Assembly (NCBI GenBank): GCA_963767925.1
Contig: CAVYGB010000001.1
Span: 256,001-320,000 of the forward strand
DNA: 64,000 nt
Direction of reading: 5' to 3'
From: an uncultured delta proteobacterium
GTDB lineage: Bacteria; Myxococcota_A; Polyangia; Fen-1088
Part shown: piece by piece, positions 18,097 through 27,857 of the stretch
Layout: the number at the start of each line of letters is the position of its first letter
Numbering within the stretch: position 1 is the first letter of the stretch
The notes under the pieces: model-generated
The model's database searches: none
What the model saw: the letters and a program-made list of their open reading frames with translations, nothing else
Told to the model about the DNA's origin: nothing
Made by a program: the position numbers and the translations under genes

Positions 18097-19224
18097 ATGG
18101 AGACCGTCCTGCGCACGACGCGTGGCAAGCCTGCGTGGCTGACGCTGCTGGTGCCGTTGCTGGCAGGGATGTTCGCCGGCGGGTGCCGGAAGGATCTCTC
18201 GGGGCTGCTGGACCCGGCCGTGGAGCCGGGCGCTCCCGATCCGGGCGTCGGCGGCGGCGGCCGCGGCGTGGTCGGATCGTCCGTCGACCCGCCCGCTCCG
18301 CCATCCCCTCCGCCATCCGCTGCCGGATCGGCGTCCACGTCGGTCGATGGGGGGGCGGCGCCTGACGCGCGCGGGGCGGGAATGACCGCCGGCCCGATCC
18401 CCGACGGCGCGCCCATCTCCGACGGCGCGCCCATCTCCGACGGCGCACCCAGCCGCGGCGCCGACGCAGCCCTGGCTTCGCCCGACGGCGGCGCCGGCGC
18501 TCCGCCGGACGCGGCCGCTGCGCCGGCTCGGCGACCCGTGGCGGCAGGTTCGCTGGCCATGGGGGCGCTGCTGTACCTGCAATTCGATGAAGGACCGAGC
18601 ACCCTGTTTGCCCGGGACCGCTCGCCGCTCGGCCAGGTGGTCCGCCTCCAGGGCTTCGACTCCGGGGCGCTCTGGACGGAAGGTCGCTTCGGCGGCGCGG
18701 TCGAGCTCGCCGGTGGCAGGGCGGGAGGATGGCTCGAGGTGGCCAGCGCGCTGAGCCTCAACGGCATCGACGAGGGGTTCACCGTCTCGGCCTGGGTGAG
18801 CTGCCCGCCGCGCGGCTGCGACGGCGTCATCGTCTCCCGGCGGGCCGGCGGTGCGCAGGGTTTCCACTATGCCCTCCAGATCAGCGGCGAACGCCTGCGG
18901 GTGCTCATCAACTCGACGAACGGGTATCGCGCCGATCTCACGGCGCCGCAGGCGCTGCCCCGCGGCCGCTGGGTGCACGTCGCGACGACCTACGACCTGC
19001 AGGACGCCCGGCTGTTCGTCGACGGGACGCTGGCGGCGGTGACCGTGTACCAGCACACGCTGGGCCCCGACATCACCCCCGTCGTGGTCGGCGGCGCCCA
19101 GACCGCCACCGGCATCGAGCAGCGCCTGTCCGCGCGCCTGGACGAGGTGCTGCTCTACGACCGCCCGCTCGCGGCGGGTGAGATCGCCAGCCTGGCCCGG
19201 GGAGCCGAGCCGGGGTTTCGCTAG
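18097..19224 (+). CDS. LamG-like jellyroll domain lipoprotein
   Basis: AGGC lipobox, Pro/Ala linker, then YLQFDEG..GRFGGAVEL..FTVSAWV..GRWVHVATTYD..LFVDG..LDEVLLYDRPL. Confidence 0.85.
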   Translation: METVLRTTRGKPAWLTLLVPLLAGMFAGGCRKDLSGLLDPAVEPGAPDPGVGGGGRGVVGSSVDPPAPPSPPPSAAGSASTSVDGGAAPDARGAGMTAGPIPDGAPISDGAPISDGAPSRGADAALASPDGGAGAPPDAAAAPARRPVAAGSLAMGALLYLQFDEGPSTLFARDRSPLGQVVRLQGFDSGALWTEGRFGGAVELAGGRAGGWLEVASALSLNGIDEGFTVSAWVSCPPRGCDGVIVSRRAGGAQGFHYALQISGERLRVLINSTNGYRADLTAPQALPRGRWVHVATTYDLQDARLFVDGTLAAVTVYQHTLGPDITPVVVGGAQTATGIEQRLSARLDEVLLYDRPLAAGEIASLARGAEPGFR

Positions 19225-19333
19225 CGGCCCCCACCGGTCGAACCGCGACCGCCGGCTTCCGGGGCGTCCCCACGGCGATGGACGCCGATGGACGCCGATG
19301 ATCGGGGGGCCGATTCGTGGTTGGATCGGGGGG

Positions 19334-20422
19334 ATGTTTCGCGCCGCCGCTGTCGCCATCTCCCTCGTCTCGCTGACCACCACCTCGGACGCCGGGGCGC
19401 AGGCGCCCGGGCGCGTGCTGATTCGCGGGACCTACGCGTCGCCGAAGCCGCTCTGGGAGACGGGGGCGCGGCTGGACCAGCAGGGGATCAACGCCATCTT
19501 CGTGCACGCGCAGAGCCTGGACGCGGCGATGATCAAGCGGGCGCGGGCGGAGGGGGCGAAGGTGTTTGCGGAGTTCGGGACCTTGAACGGCAGCTACGGG
19601 CTCGCCGAGCATCCGGATGCCCATCCCATCGACGAGACGGGCAAACCTGCGCCCAAGGCGACCTGGTTCATGGGGGTCTGTCCCACCCACCGGGGGTTCC
19701 GGCAGAGCCGCATGAAGGCGCTGCGCGCGTTGCTGGAGGCGCACGACCTGGACGGGGTCTGGATGGACTACCTGCACTGGCACGCGCAGTTCGAGGACCC
19801 CTACCCGGTGTTCATCAAGACCTGCTTTTGCGACCGGTGCCTGGCGGCGTTCCAGGCGGCGGCGGGAGTGACGGTGCCGGGGGCGACCGTGCCGAAGAAG
19901 GCGGAGTGGATCCTGCGCCACGCGCCCGCGAAGTGGGAGGACTGGCGGGTCTCGGTGCTGGTCGACTGGGCGCGGGAGATTCGCGGGATCGTCAAGGCCA
20001 TCCGGCCGAAGGCGCTGGTAGGCAACTACCACGCCGCCTGGAAGGACGACGACTTCTGGGGCGCGCGGCGGCGCTGCCTGGGGCTCGACTTCCAGGCCCT
20101 CGCGCCCCACGTCGACGTGTTCTCGCCGATGCCGTACCACGAGCGCAGCGGCATGCCGGTCGCCTACGTCGCCGACTTCGTTCGCTGGTTCAGCGAGCGG
20201 CTGCCCTTCGCCACCGAGCCGGGGAAATATCCGCAGCTCTGGCCGATCGTGCAGGCCTCCGACGCCACCGCCGCCGACTTCGAGCAGGCCCTGCGCGGCG
20301 CCCTGGTGGGCAAGTCCACCGGGGTCATGATGTTCACCCTCGGCAGCGTTGTCGCCGATCCGGCCAAGCTGGCGGCGATGAAGCGGGTGTACCTGCCCCC
20401 GGCCCGCGCCGCCACGCCTTAG
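19334..20422 (+). CDS. Secreted glycoside hydrolase-like (GHL10/DUF187-type) protein
   Basis: Signal peptide, GINAIFV, VCP.H, LDGVWMDYLHW, CFCDRC..F and VDVFSPM.Y motifs. Confidence 0.7.
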   Translation: MFRAAAVAISLVSLTTTSDAGAQAPGRVLIRGTYASPKPLWETGARLDQQGINAIFVHAQSLDAAMIKRARAEGAKVFAEFGTLNGSYGLAEHPDAHPIDETGKPAPKATWFMGVCPTHRGFRQSRMKALRALLEAHDLDGVWMDYLHWHAQFEDPYPVFIKTCFCDRCLAAFQAAAGVTVPGATVPKKAEWILRHAPAKWEDWRVSVLVDWAREIRGIVKAIRPKALVGNYHAAWKDDDFWGARRRCLGLDFQALAPHVDVFSPMPYHERSGMPVAYVADFVRWFSERLPFATEPGKYPQLWPIVQASDATAADFEQALRGALVGKSTGVMMFTLGSVVADPAKLAAMKRVYLPPARAATP

Positions 20423-21030
20423 AGCCAGCCGCTGAAACCTGTGGAGAATTTGCGCCGATGGGCGAAACGAGGTATCGGGGCCGGGACGCGTGCTCGTGGG
20501 CGTGTTCGAGCGCGTGTTCGTGTTCGAGTTCGTGTGGGGCGAGCGTTGAGCGGCCAGGCGGCTCTCGGTGCGCGTAAATCACGCGAGCCGAGGCCCGCGG
20601 GCCGAACACGCTCACCACACACGGACACGAAACCGTCACCATCACAGGGGCGAACGTGCACGACAAGTGGATGGTGGGCCAGACCCTGGATGCCATGGTC
20701 CTGCGGGGTCCGCGTGGTCCACGTCGCCCCAAGAACTTGTGCCTCGACAAAGGCTACGACTACGCCGACTGTGAGCAGGAGGTTCGCCGCCGTCGAATCG
20801 TTCCTCACATCCGCCGGCGAGGCGAACCACCACTGGTCGGCTGTGTTCACGGTAGGCCGCGACGCTGGGTGGTCGAGCGCACCAACAGCTGGCACAACCG
20901 ATATCGAGGTCTTCTCATCCGCTGGGAACGCAAAGCCGAGAATTACTTAGCCTTCGTTCGGCTCGCCTGTGCGCTGATTGCCTTCAACGCTGCCTCTCGT
21001 GCGTAATTCACAGGTTTCAGCGGCTCACTC
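20422..21030 (+). mobile_element. IS5-family insertion sequence, internally deleted (609 bp)
   Basis: 22-bp terminal inverted repeats (GAGCCAGCCGCTGAAACCTGTG and GAGTGAGCCGCTGAAACCTGTG, 2 mismatches). TTA target duplication at 20419-20421 and 21031-21033. Contains a partial transposase. Confidence 0.88.
20633..21006 (+). pseudogene. IS5-family transposase, C-terminal half only
   Basis: GANVHD..TLD..LCLDKGYD..RWVVERTNSWHNRYRGLLIRWERKAENYLAFV. The N-terminal half is missing or degenerate. Confidence 0.85.
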
Positions 21031-21085
21031 TTAGCCGCCGCTTCCCTCGCGCCGCGCCCGGTGCCTTCGCCGGCCGTGCGCGCGC

Positions 21086-22966
21086 TCAGCAGACGCCGCT
21101 GCTGCAGGCTACCTGGGCGGAGAGGGCGAGCATCAGCCAGGCGCCGTGCGGGATCCACTGCTCGGACCAGCGCCAGCGCTCGCCGGGGTCCTTGTCCTGG
21201 GGGGAGGGGAGGAAGGTGATGTCGCGCTCGTCGTCCCAGCCGCCGGTGATGCCGTTGGCCACGCCGCCGGGGGAGTTGGGGCGCCCGGCCTGGTACTCGG
21301 GGTTGTTGCGGCCCTTGCCGTGCATCATCGAGGTGTCGAAGGGGTTGAGGCCGAGGATCCAGTCGATCTGGTCGCGGGCGTAGGTCGCCAGCGGCGCCTG
21401 CAGGGCCGGCAGGCTGACCGAGGCCAGCAGGGCGGCCGAGGCCAGCGAGCCCTGGCGGGCGCTCTCGCCTTGCCACCAGTAGCCCGACTCGTTCTTGTGG
21501 GGGAAGAAGAAGGCGCTGCGCTTGCCGCCGCCCAGGTCCTTGACGTACTGGCGGGCGTAGCCGAACGGGTTGAACACCTCGGCGGTGACGGCCAGCTCGA
21601 ACTTCAGCGACCGCTCCACCACCGCCAGCGCCGCCTTCTGCAGGGCAGGGTCGGTCTCGACGGCGCGGTAGCGGAGCAGCGCCACCACCGGCAGGCCGGC
21701 CTCGACAGCGTGGAAGAAGGGGCGCTCGCCCTTGGCGTCGGCCCGCCAGAAGTCCTTCCAGGCGCCCTCGCCGTGCAGGCGCGCGGCCAGGGCGGTCTGC
21801 CGCTGGCGGGCGGCCTGCAGGTAGGCGGGCTTCTTCGTCGCCGCGTAGAGCTCGGTCGCGGCGAGCAGGGCGGTGTAGTCGTCGATGATGTTCTCCTGGC
21901 CGTCGTCCAGGTACTTGCGGCCGTGCGCCGCCAGGTGGGCCCAGCCCTTCTCGGCGACCGCGAGGTAGCGGGCGGCGGCGTGTTCACCCGGGCGATCCAC
22001 CTTGCTCAGCCGGGCCAGGGCGGCGATGGCCAGGCCCCCGCCCTCGCGCATGCCGGCCTGGTAGTCCGCTGTCTTCTTGCCGGCCTTGGTCTCGTAGGCG
22101 CAGATCTCGCGGCGCTTCGGGTCGTACGACCAGTTGTCGAAGATGGTGAGGTAGAAAAAGCCCGCCGGGTCCTGCATGCGCACCAGGAAGTCCCCGCCGT
22201 GCAGGGCCTCGTCCAGCATGCGCGGGCGCACGCCGTTGCTGCGCTCGTCCTTGACCCTCGAGAGCAGCTCCGCCGCCTCGAGGAAGCTCCAGACCACGAA
22301 CGGCGTCTGCTGCGGGTTCATGTAGTTGGCGTAGCTCAGGTGGCTGAGGTACTTGCTGACGTCGCCCGAGGCGTCGTACCAGCCCCCGTGCACGTCGACC
22401 TTCCGGGCCGGCTTGCCGACCAGCGGCACCGCCCGGTCCGTGCGGTCGTAGATGCCCGAGGCCCGCTGGGTCTTGAAGTAGAACGTGAGGTCCGACAGCG
22501 CCGCCTCCGGCAGCAGCCGCGGCCCGATGGCGAACGGCTCGGAGCGGACGTCGCCGCCGCCCTCGACCCCCGTCAGCCGGACGCGGTACACGCCCGGCGT
22601 GTCGAAGGCGCTGAAGTCCCCGCGCGCGAAGCGCCAGCTCTTCCAGCGGTCGACGATGGCCAGCTTGGCCGGGGCGCCTCCCGCGCCCAGCTTGCCCTCG
22701 AACACCGCGCGCCCCTGCCCGTCGAGGAGCTGGAAGCCGGCGACGGTGACCTCCCGGTCCCCCTGCACGACGAACTTCTTGCTGCTGCCCACGTCGTACC
22801 CCACCTGGTTGGTGAGCACGCGCAGCACCACGCCCTTGCCCTGGGCGGCCGCCACCGCCGGCGCCCCCAGCATGGCCAGGACGGCCAGCACGCCGAGCCA
22901 GCGCCGCCGGCCATCACGGGATCGAACCTCGAAGGGCACTCCAGCAGGGGGGATGAGCGTCGACAT
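21086..22966 (-). CDS. Glycoside hydrolase family 9 with an N-terminal Ig-like domain (exo-beta-glucosaminidase-like subgroup)
   Basis: NQVGY, DVHGGWYDASGDVSKYLSHLSYANYMNPQQTP, ENIIDDY, YWWQGE, WILGLNPFD and WRWSEQWIPH motifs. Start is uncertain. Confidence 0.88.
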   Translation of the reverse strand: MSTLIPPAGVPFEVRSRDGRRRWLGVLAVLAMLGAPAVAAAQGKGVVLRVLTNQVGYDVGSSKKFVVQGDREVTVAGFQLLDGQGRAVFEGKLGAGGAPAKLAIVDRWKSWRFARGDFSAFDTPGVYRVRLTGVEGGGDVRSEPFAIGPRLLPEAALSDLTFYFKTQRASGIYDRTDRAVPLVGKPARKVDVHGGWYDASGDVSKYLSHLSYANYMNPQQTPFVVWSFLEAAELLSRVKDERSNGVRPRMLDEALHGGDFLVRMQDPAGFFYLTIFDNWSYDPKRREICAYETKAGKKTADYQAGMREGGGLAIAALARLSKVDRPGEHAAARYLAVAEKGWAHLAAHGRKYLDDGQENIIDDYTALLAATELYAATKKPAYLQAARQRQTALAARLHGEGAWKDFWRADAKGERPFFHAVEAGLPVVALLRYRAVETDPALQKAALAVVERSLKFELAVTAEVFNPFGYARQYVKDLGGGKRSAFFFPHKNESGYWWQGESARQGSLASAALLASVSLPALQAPLATYARDQIDWILGLNPFDTSMMHGKGRNNPEYQAGRPNSPGGVANGITGGWDDERDITFLPSPQDKDPGERWRWSEQWIPHGAWLMLALSAQVACSSGVC

Positions 22967-23177
22967 GAGGCGGCCATCTTCCCGGCCCGGCGACACCCTG
23001 GCAATCCAATCCAGGTCGAAAGGATAGACCTTCACGCTTTAGGGCCCGAAGGCCGATCTCCGGCGGTCCGCCGCCCCGTACCGGTGCGTGGCCGGGGCCA
23101 TGGCGCAGGCCGCCATCGGACCACACGGTCGAACCCCCGGCGTGGCCCGCGCGTGGCGCCGCGGGATCAGGGCGGAA

Positions 23178-23447
23178 TCAGCGAGCGGAACTGCGGCTCG
23201 GCTTGCCGGGCTTCGGCTTGCCGGGCTTCGGCTTGCCGGGCTTCGGCTTGCCGGCAGTGGCCTTCGCGACCTTCACCTTCGCGACCTTCGCCTTCGCGAG
23301 CGCCTCCTTGGCGCGAAACTTCGCGATGTCGGCGATCAGCTTCGTGGGCACCGGCTGATCGAGCGGGAAGCGGATCGCGCTCTTCGAGACCGCCTCGTCG
23401 CCGGTGGCCGGGAGCGCCTCGTCTCCGGGCCGGGTCCTGCGGTAGGG
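23178..23447 (-). pseudogene. YdhG/DUF1801-family C-terminal remnant with a Lys-rich repeat tail
   Basis: VSKSAIRFPLDQPVPTKLIADIAKFRAKE..GKPKPGKPKPGKPKP..*. There is an upstream in-frame stop and no start codon. 15-bp repeats at ~23197-23255. Confidence 0.6.
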
Positions 23448-23485
23448 TCACCCAACATTCGGTTTCGGCCGGCGTGATCCTGAAC

Positions 23486-26400
23486 ATGGAGACTTCGCTC
23501 GAGACCACCCGCGTCGAGGACCTGCTCGCCCACGCCGAATGGCTGCGGCGGCTGGCGGGCCGGCTGGTAGGCCCCAACGACCTGGAAGACCTGCTGCAGG
23601 AGACCTGGAAGGCCGCGCTCCGCTCGCCGCCCCGGGGAGAGCCGGAGGATGCCCGGCCCTGGCTGGCCAGGGTGTTGCGCAACCTGACTCACAACCGCTG
23701 GCGATCGCAGACCCGGGCGCAGCGGACCGTCGACGCCCTGCCAGAGAGCCCGCAGGTCCCCTCGACCGACGAGCTGCTCGACAACGCCCGCACCGAGCGC
23801 CGGCTGGCCGACCTGGTGCTCACCCTGGACGAGCCGTATCGATCCACCATCCTGCTCCGCTATTACGAGGGCAAGTCCGCCGCCCAGATCGCCGCGGCCC
23901 TGGGCATCCCCGCGGGGACCGTGCGCTGGCGCCTGTCCGAGGCGATCGGGCGGCTGCGCGGCAAGCTGGACGACGAACATGGCGGCGACCGGGCGCGCTG
24001 GCGGGCGCTGCTGCTGCCGATCGCTCACCTGCCGATGACGCTGGCCCCGGGGGCGGCGCTGCTGGCGAGCAAGAAGCTGATCGGGGTGATGGCGCTGGGG
24101 CTGACCCTGCTCGTCGCCGGCGCGGCCTCGTGGCTGCGGCCGACGCCGCCGGCGGGCGCGCCGCTGGGAACGGCGGTGGAGCTCGCGGTGGCGGACCGCA
24201 GCCCGCTGGTGGGGTTCCTGGCGTCGGCGGCGAGCCTGGCCTCCGCGGGAGCGGCCGAGGTGGAAGGTGTGGTCCTGGATCCCGAGGGCCGTCCGGCGGG
24301 TGGAGCGCGGGTCGCGCTCTCCACCGTCGGCCACGCCGACATCGCCGCCCGCGGCGCGCCCGTGAGGGCGTCGGGTGACGGCCGCTTTCGCTTCGGCGAT
24401 GTGACGTCCGGCCGCTACGTGGCGACCGCCACCGATGACCGCTGGGCGGGGGCCTTTTCGGCGCCTTTCGTGCTGGCGCCCGGTGGCCGCCACCGGATCA
24501 CATTGCGTTTGCAGGCGGGGGGCCAGCCGATCGAGGGCCAGATCCTCGACGAGGGTGGGGGGGCCATCCCCGGGGCGCGGGTGCGGGCGGAGCTGGGATA
24601 TCCCTGGTCCGGGCCGGGCGCGGCCCGGGGCTTCGAGGCGGTCGCCGACGCGCAGGGGCGCTACCGGCTGCTGCTCGAGCCGCGCGAATACACCCTCCGG
24701 GCGCGCGCGGACGGCTACGCCGAGGCCAGCATCACCGCTGCCGTCGATCAGCCCCTGCGGCGGGACGTCCAGCTGCAGCCTGCCGCCGGGGTGGCCGGGC
24801 AGGTGATCGACGGGAGGACCCGACAGCCCGTGGCCGACGCCCGCGTCCAGCTGACCACCTCTCCCCTCGGATCGGGCAGCTCCCTGGCCGGTCGCACCGA
24901 TCGCGAGGGCCGGTTCCAGTTCGGCGGGGTGCTGGCTGGCACCTATCAGGTCCACGCCGCCAGCGGCAGAAACGCCGGCGTGGGCCCGCCGCTCTCGGTG
25001 GCGGCGCTCCAGGACGTCGAGGGGATCGTCGTCGAGCTGGCCGAGGGGCTAGACCTGGCTGGCCGGATCACCGATGGCCAGGGCGCCGGCATCGGCGGGG
25101 TCGACGTCGCGGTGCAGTCCGGGGATCTCCTGCTCGCCGGGACGCGCACCTCCACCCGGACCACGACGGACGGCGCTTACCGCCTGGCCGGGCTGCTGCC
25201 GGGATCCTACCGGCTGTCCGTCGACGGCGGCGACGTCGGATACGCCGGTCAGGAGCGCGTCGTCCAGCTCGCCTCCGGCCCGGCCGCCCGGCAGGACGTG
25301 TCGCTGGCCCCCGCCCCCCGCCTGACCGGCCGGGTGCTCGGGGTGGACGGCCGCGCCGCGCGCGGCGTCCTGGTGCGGCTGCAGCCCCAGGATGGCTCCG
25401 GGCAGGGGCCGGGGGTGGAGCCGACCGTGACCGACGAGGAGGGGCGGTTCGCGCTGGTGCTGACCGACAGCGGGCCCATGCTGCTCACATGCTGGGATCG
25501 CGGCCAGGGGATCGCCCGCGTGCCGGTGGAGCTCGCCCCCGCTGCGCGCGACCGCCACTTCGAGGTGCGGCTGGTCCAGGGGGCGAGCATCGGCGGGCGG
25601 GTCCGCTACGAGGACGGCGCGCCCGCCGCCGGCATCGGCGTCGCCGTGACCCTGCAGGAGGGCACCACCAGCTACGACAGCGCCAGCACGGCGCCCGACG
25701 GGAGCTTCGAGGTGAGGAACCTGGCCCCCGGACGCTACACCGTCCTCGCCCGGCGCAAGGCCGGTCCCTGGAACCTGTGGACCTCCCGGGAGGAGCCCAA
25801 TCTCGAGCTGGTGGAGGTCGGAGCGAGCGAGCGCAAGGGCGGCGTCACCCTCGTCTTGCCCCGGGGCGGTCATCAGATCGCCGGCGTGGTGCTGCTGGCC
25901 GACGGTAGCCCGGCGGCCGGCAGCCGCTTGATCGCCCGGGTCGACGACGGTGAGACGTGGAAGCCGTCGGGCCCCACCCTGGAGCACGCCGCCACCGCTG
26001 GTGAGGACGGCCGCTTCGTCCTGCCGGACCTGGAGAAGGCGAAATTCATCGTATGGGCCACGTATCCCGGGCTTCCGGAGGCCCTGCAGCAAGGGATCGC
26101 TGCCGACCGGGAGGACGTCGTGATGGAGTTCGCCGCGGCGGCCAGGATCGCCGGTTCGGTGCGCGACAGCGCTGGCAATCCGGTGACCGACTTCACCGTC
26201 GTCCTGGTCCCCGCCCCGGGCGACAACCTGACCCGGGAGCAGCAGCTGGCCCGCCGGATGGGGCTGCGCGAGGCGCAGCGGGTGCGGGCGGCCGACGGGC
26301 GCTTCTCGATCGACGCGCTCGAGCCCGGGACCTACGAGGTGCGCATCGCCAGCCCGCAGGGCAGCAACGCCAGCCGCGTGGTCGCGGTGAAGGCCGGCGC

Positions 26401-26986
26401 GCGCACGCACGACGTCGACGTCGTGCTCCAGTCCGGAGTCACCGTGACGGGGAAGGTGGCCGACTGGAAGAGCGGGACGCCCCTCGCCAGCGCCGAGGTG
26501 CAGGCGGAGCTCGCCGGACAGCGGATCGACACGCAGACCGACGCCAGCGGCCAGTTCACGCTGCCCGGCGTCCCGGCCGGCGAGATCTTCGAGCTGGAGG
26601 TGCGCGCCCGCGACGAAGCCTTCGTGCCCGAGCAGCAGGAGATCGCGGTCCCGGCCGGCGCGCGCACGCTGCACGTCGGGACCGTCCGCCTGCTGGCGGC
26701 TCCCGACTGGCGGCAGCGCTGGGAGAGCAGCGGGCGCGTCGGGATCGGAGGGGCCTTCCGCGACGGCAGGATCGTCCTGCGCGGAGTACCTCCCGAGAGC
26801 GCCGCCGCCCGCGCCGGCCTGACCGCCGGGGACGTGGTGCTGGCGGTCGACGGCCGCTCGATCGAGGGAATGGGTCTGGGCGCAGCGACCTACACCTTCT
26901 CCCGACCCCCCGGCGCCAAGCTCTCCTTGTCCGTCCTCACCGCTCGCGGTGAGAAGAAGACCGTCGAGCTGGTCGCCGAGAAGTGA
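23486..26986 (+). CDS. ECF sigma-70 factor fused to a TM helix, carboxypeptidase-regulatory-like repeats and a C-terminal PDZ domain
   Basis: Sigma2 EDLLQETW..RPWL..VLRN, sigma4 LRYYEG.S..IA..LGIP.GTVRWRL, TM LIGVMALGLTLLVAGAASWL, repeated G.V.D..G.P..GA.V..DG.F..L.PG.Y modules, PDZ S.AARAGL.AGDV.LAVDG. Confidence 0.85.
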   Translation: METSLETTRVEDLLAHAEWLRRLAGRLVGPNDLEDLLQETWKAALRSPPRGEPEDARPWLARVLRNLTHNRWRSQTRAQRTVDALPESPQVPSTDELLDNARTERRLADLVLTLDEPYRSTILLRYYEGKSAAQIAAALGIPAGTVRWRLSEAIGRLRGKLDDEHGGDRARWRALLLPIAHLPMTLAPGAALLASKKLIGVMALGLTLLVAGAASWLRPTPPAGAPLGTAVELAVADRSPLVGFLASAASLASAGAAEVEGVVLDPEGRPAGGARVALSTVGHADIAARGAPVRASGDGRFRFGDVTSGRYVATATDDRWAGAFSAPFVLAPGGRHRITLRLQAGGQPIEGQILDEGGGAIPGARVRAELGYPWSGPGAARGFEAVADAQGRYRLLLEPREYTLRARADGYAEASITAAVDQPLRRDVQLQPAAGVAGQVIDGRTRQPVADARVQLTTSPLGSGSSLAGRTDREGRFQFGGVLAGTYQVHAASGRNAGVGPPLSVAALQDVEGIVVELAEGLDLAGRITDGQGAGIGGVDVAVQSGDLLLAGTRTSTRTTTDGAYRLAGLLPGSYRLSVDGGDVGYAGQERVVQLASGPAARQDVSLAPAPRLTGRVLGVDGRAARGVLVRLQPQDGSGQGPGVEPTVTDEEGRFALVLTDSGPMLLTCWDRGQGIARVPVELAPAARDRHFEVRLVQGASIGGRVRYEDGAPAAGIGVAVTLQEGTTSYDSASTAPDGSFEVRNLAPGRYTVLARRKAGPWNLWTSREEPNLELVEVGASERKGGVTLVLPRGGHQIAGVVLLADGSPAAGSRLIARVDDGETWKPSGPTLEHAATAGEDGRFVLPDLEKAKFIVWATYPGLPEALQQGIAADREDVVMEFAAAARIAGSVRDSAGNPVTDFTVVLVPAPGDNLTREQQLARRMGLREAQRVRAADGRFSIDALEPGTYEVRIASPQGSNASRVVAVKAGARTHDVDVVLQSGVTVTGKVADWKSGTPLASAEVQAELAGQRIDTQTDASGQFTLPGVPAGEIFELEVRARDEAFVPEQQEIAVPAGARTLHVGTVRLLAAPDWRQRWESSGRVGIGGAFRDGRIVLRGVPPESAAARAGLTAGDVVLAVDGRSIEGMGLGAATYTFSRPPGAKLSLSVLTARGEKKTVELVAEK

Positions 26987-27301
26987 AGCGAGTCCCGTCG
27001 TCGAGCAGACCGCAGCTCGTGTCGCTCCGTCAAACCTGCATGGGTGGTCCGTCACCCCTCTGCGGAGCGGGTGAGGGCGTGGCGGGTGAGGAGGTCGGTG
27101 ATGCGACCTGGCGTCTACCAGGAGATTTGCCATCTCCCTCGGACTGTTGCGAGCACTCACGACGCTTGTTCCTGAAACGCCGTCACCCCGCCCCATGTTC
27201 GCAAAAAGATCCCCCCGCCCACCCCCCCTCCCGGCGCCCCACCGCGTCGCCCGCCGCACCGCCCGGCCCGACGCGGAGCCGGCCGGGGTAAAACGGCGGC
27301 C

Positions 27302-27670
27302 ATGCGGCTCTTTCCGTGCCTGTTGATGTTCGCCCTGGGGGCGGTGGGCTGCGCGTCGGCTCCGCTGGCGCCTTTCGTGCGCACGCCCGACGCGCAGGTC
27401 GCCACCTTCCCGCGGGCGGTGATCGAGCCGCAGCCGACCCGGCCCGAGGGGGTGGGGGCGGGGCAGATCGCTACCCAGGTCACCATGCGGGTGGGGGTGG
27501 ATCGGACCGGCGCGGTCCGCGAGGTGACGGTCGTCGAGGGCGCTGGGGAGCCCTACGACCGCGACGCGGTCGACGCCATGAGACGCGCCCGCTTCCAGCC
27601 CGCGCTCGACAGGGCCGGCCAGCCGGTCGACTGCGAGATCCTCTGGCGCCTGGACTACTCCGGCCGCTAG
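27302..27670 (+). CDS. Stand-alone TonB C-terminal domain lipoprotein
   Basis: AVGC lipobox, then V.MRV.VDRTG.V.EV.VVE....DRDAVDAMRRARFQPA...GQPV. Confidence 0.75.
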   Translation: MRLFPCLLMFALGAVGCASAPLAPFVRTPDAQVATFPRAVIEPQPTRPEGVGAGQIATQVTMRVGVDRTGAVREVTVVEGAGEPYDRDAVDAMRRARFQPALDRAGQPVDCEILWRLDYSGR

Positions 27671-27857
27671 CGCCCCGCCCGGTTGGGCGATGTCTGACGT
27701 GGCCCGTCCACCGGCGCGGCGCCGGGGCGCGGGCTCGTGACGCCGCACGGCTGGGTGGAGGGCGTTGCTACGGAGGGGGCGCTCGCTTACCCTCCTGGCC
27801 ACGTTGCCCGACGGCGGCAGCGCGTGCCCCGCGATCGAAGGAGCCAGAGCCAAGCCC

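Noticed and set aside
21146..23485. N-terminal 780 aa of the 1946-aa ORF
   Set aside because: Mostly an antisense shadow of the GH9 gene. The sigma-factor homology starts at ATG 23486.
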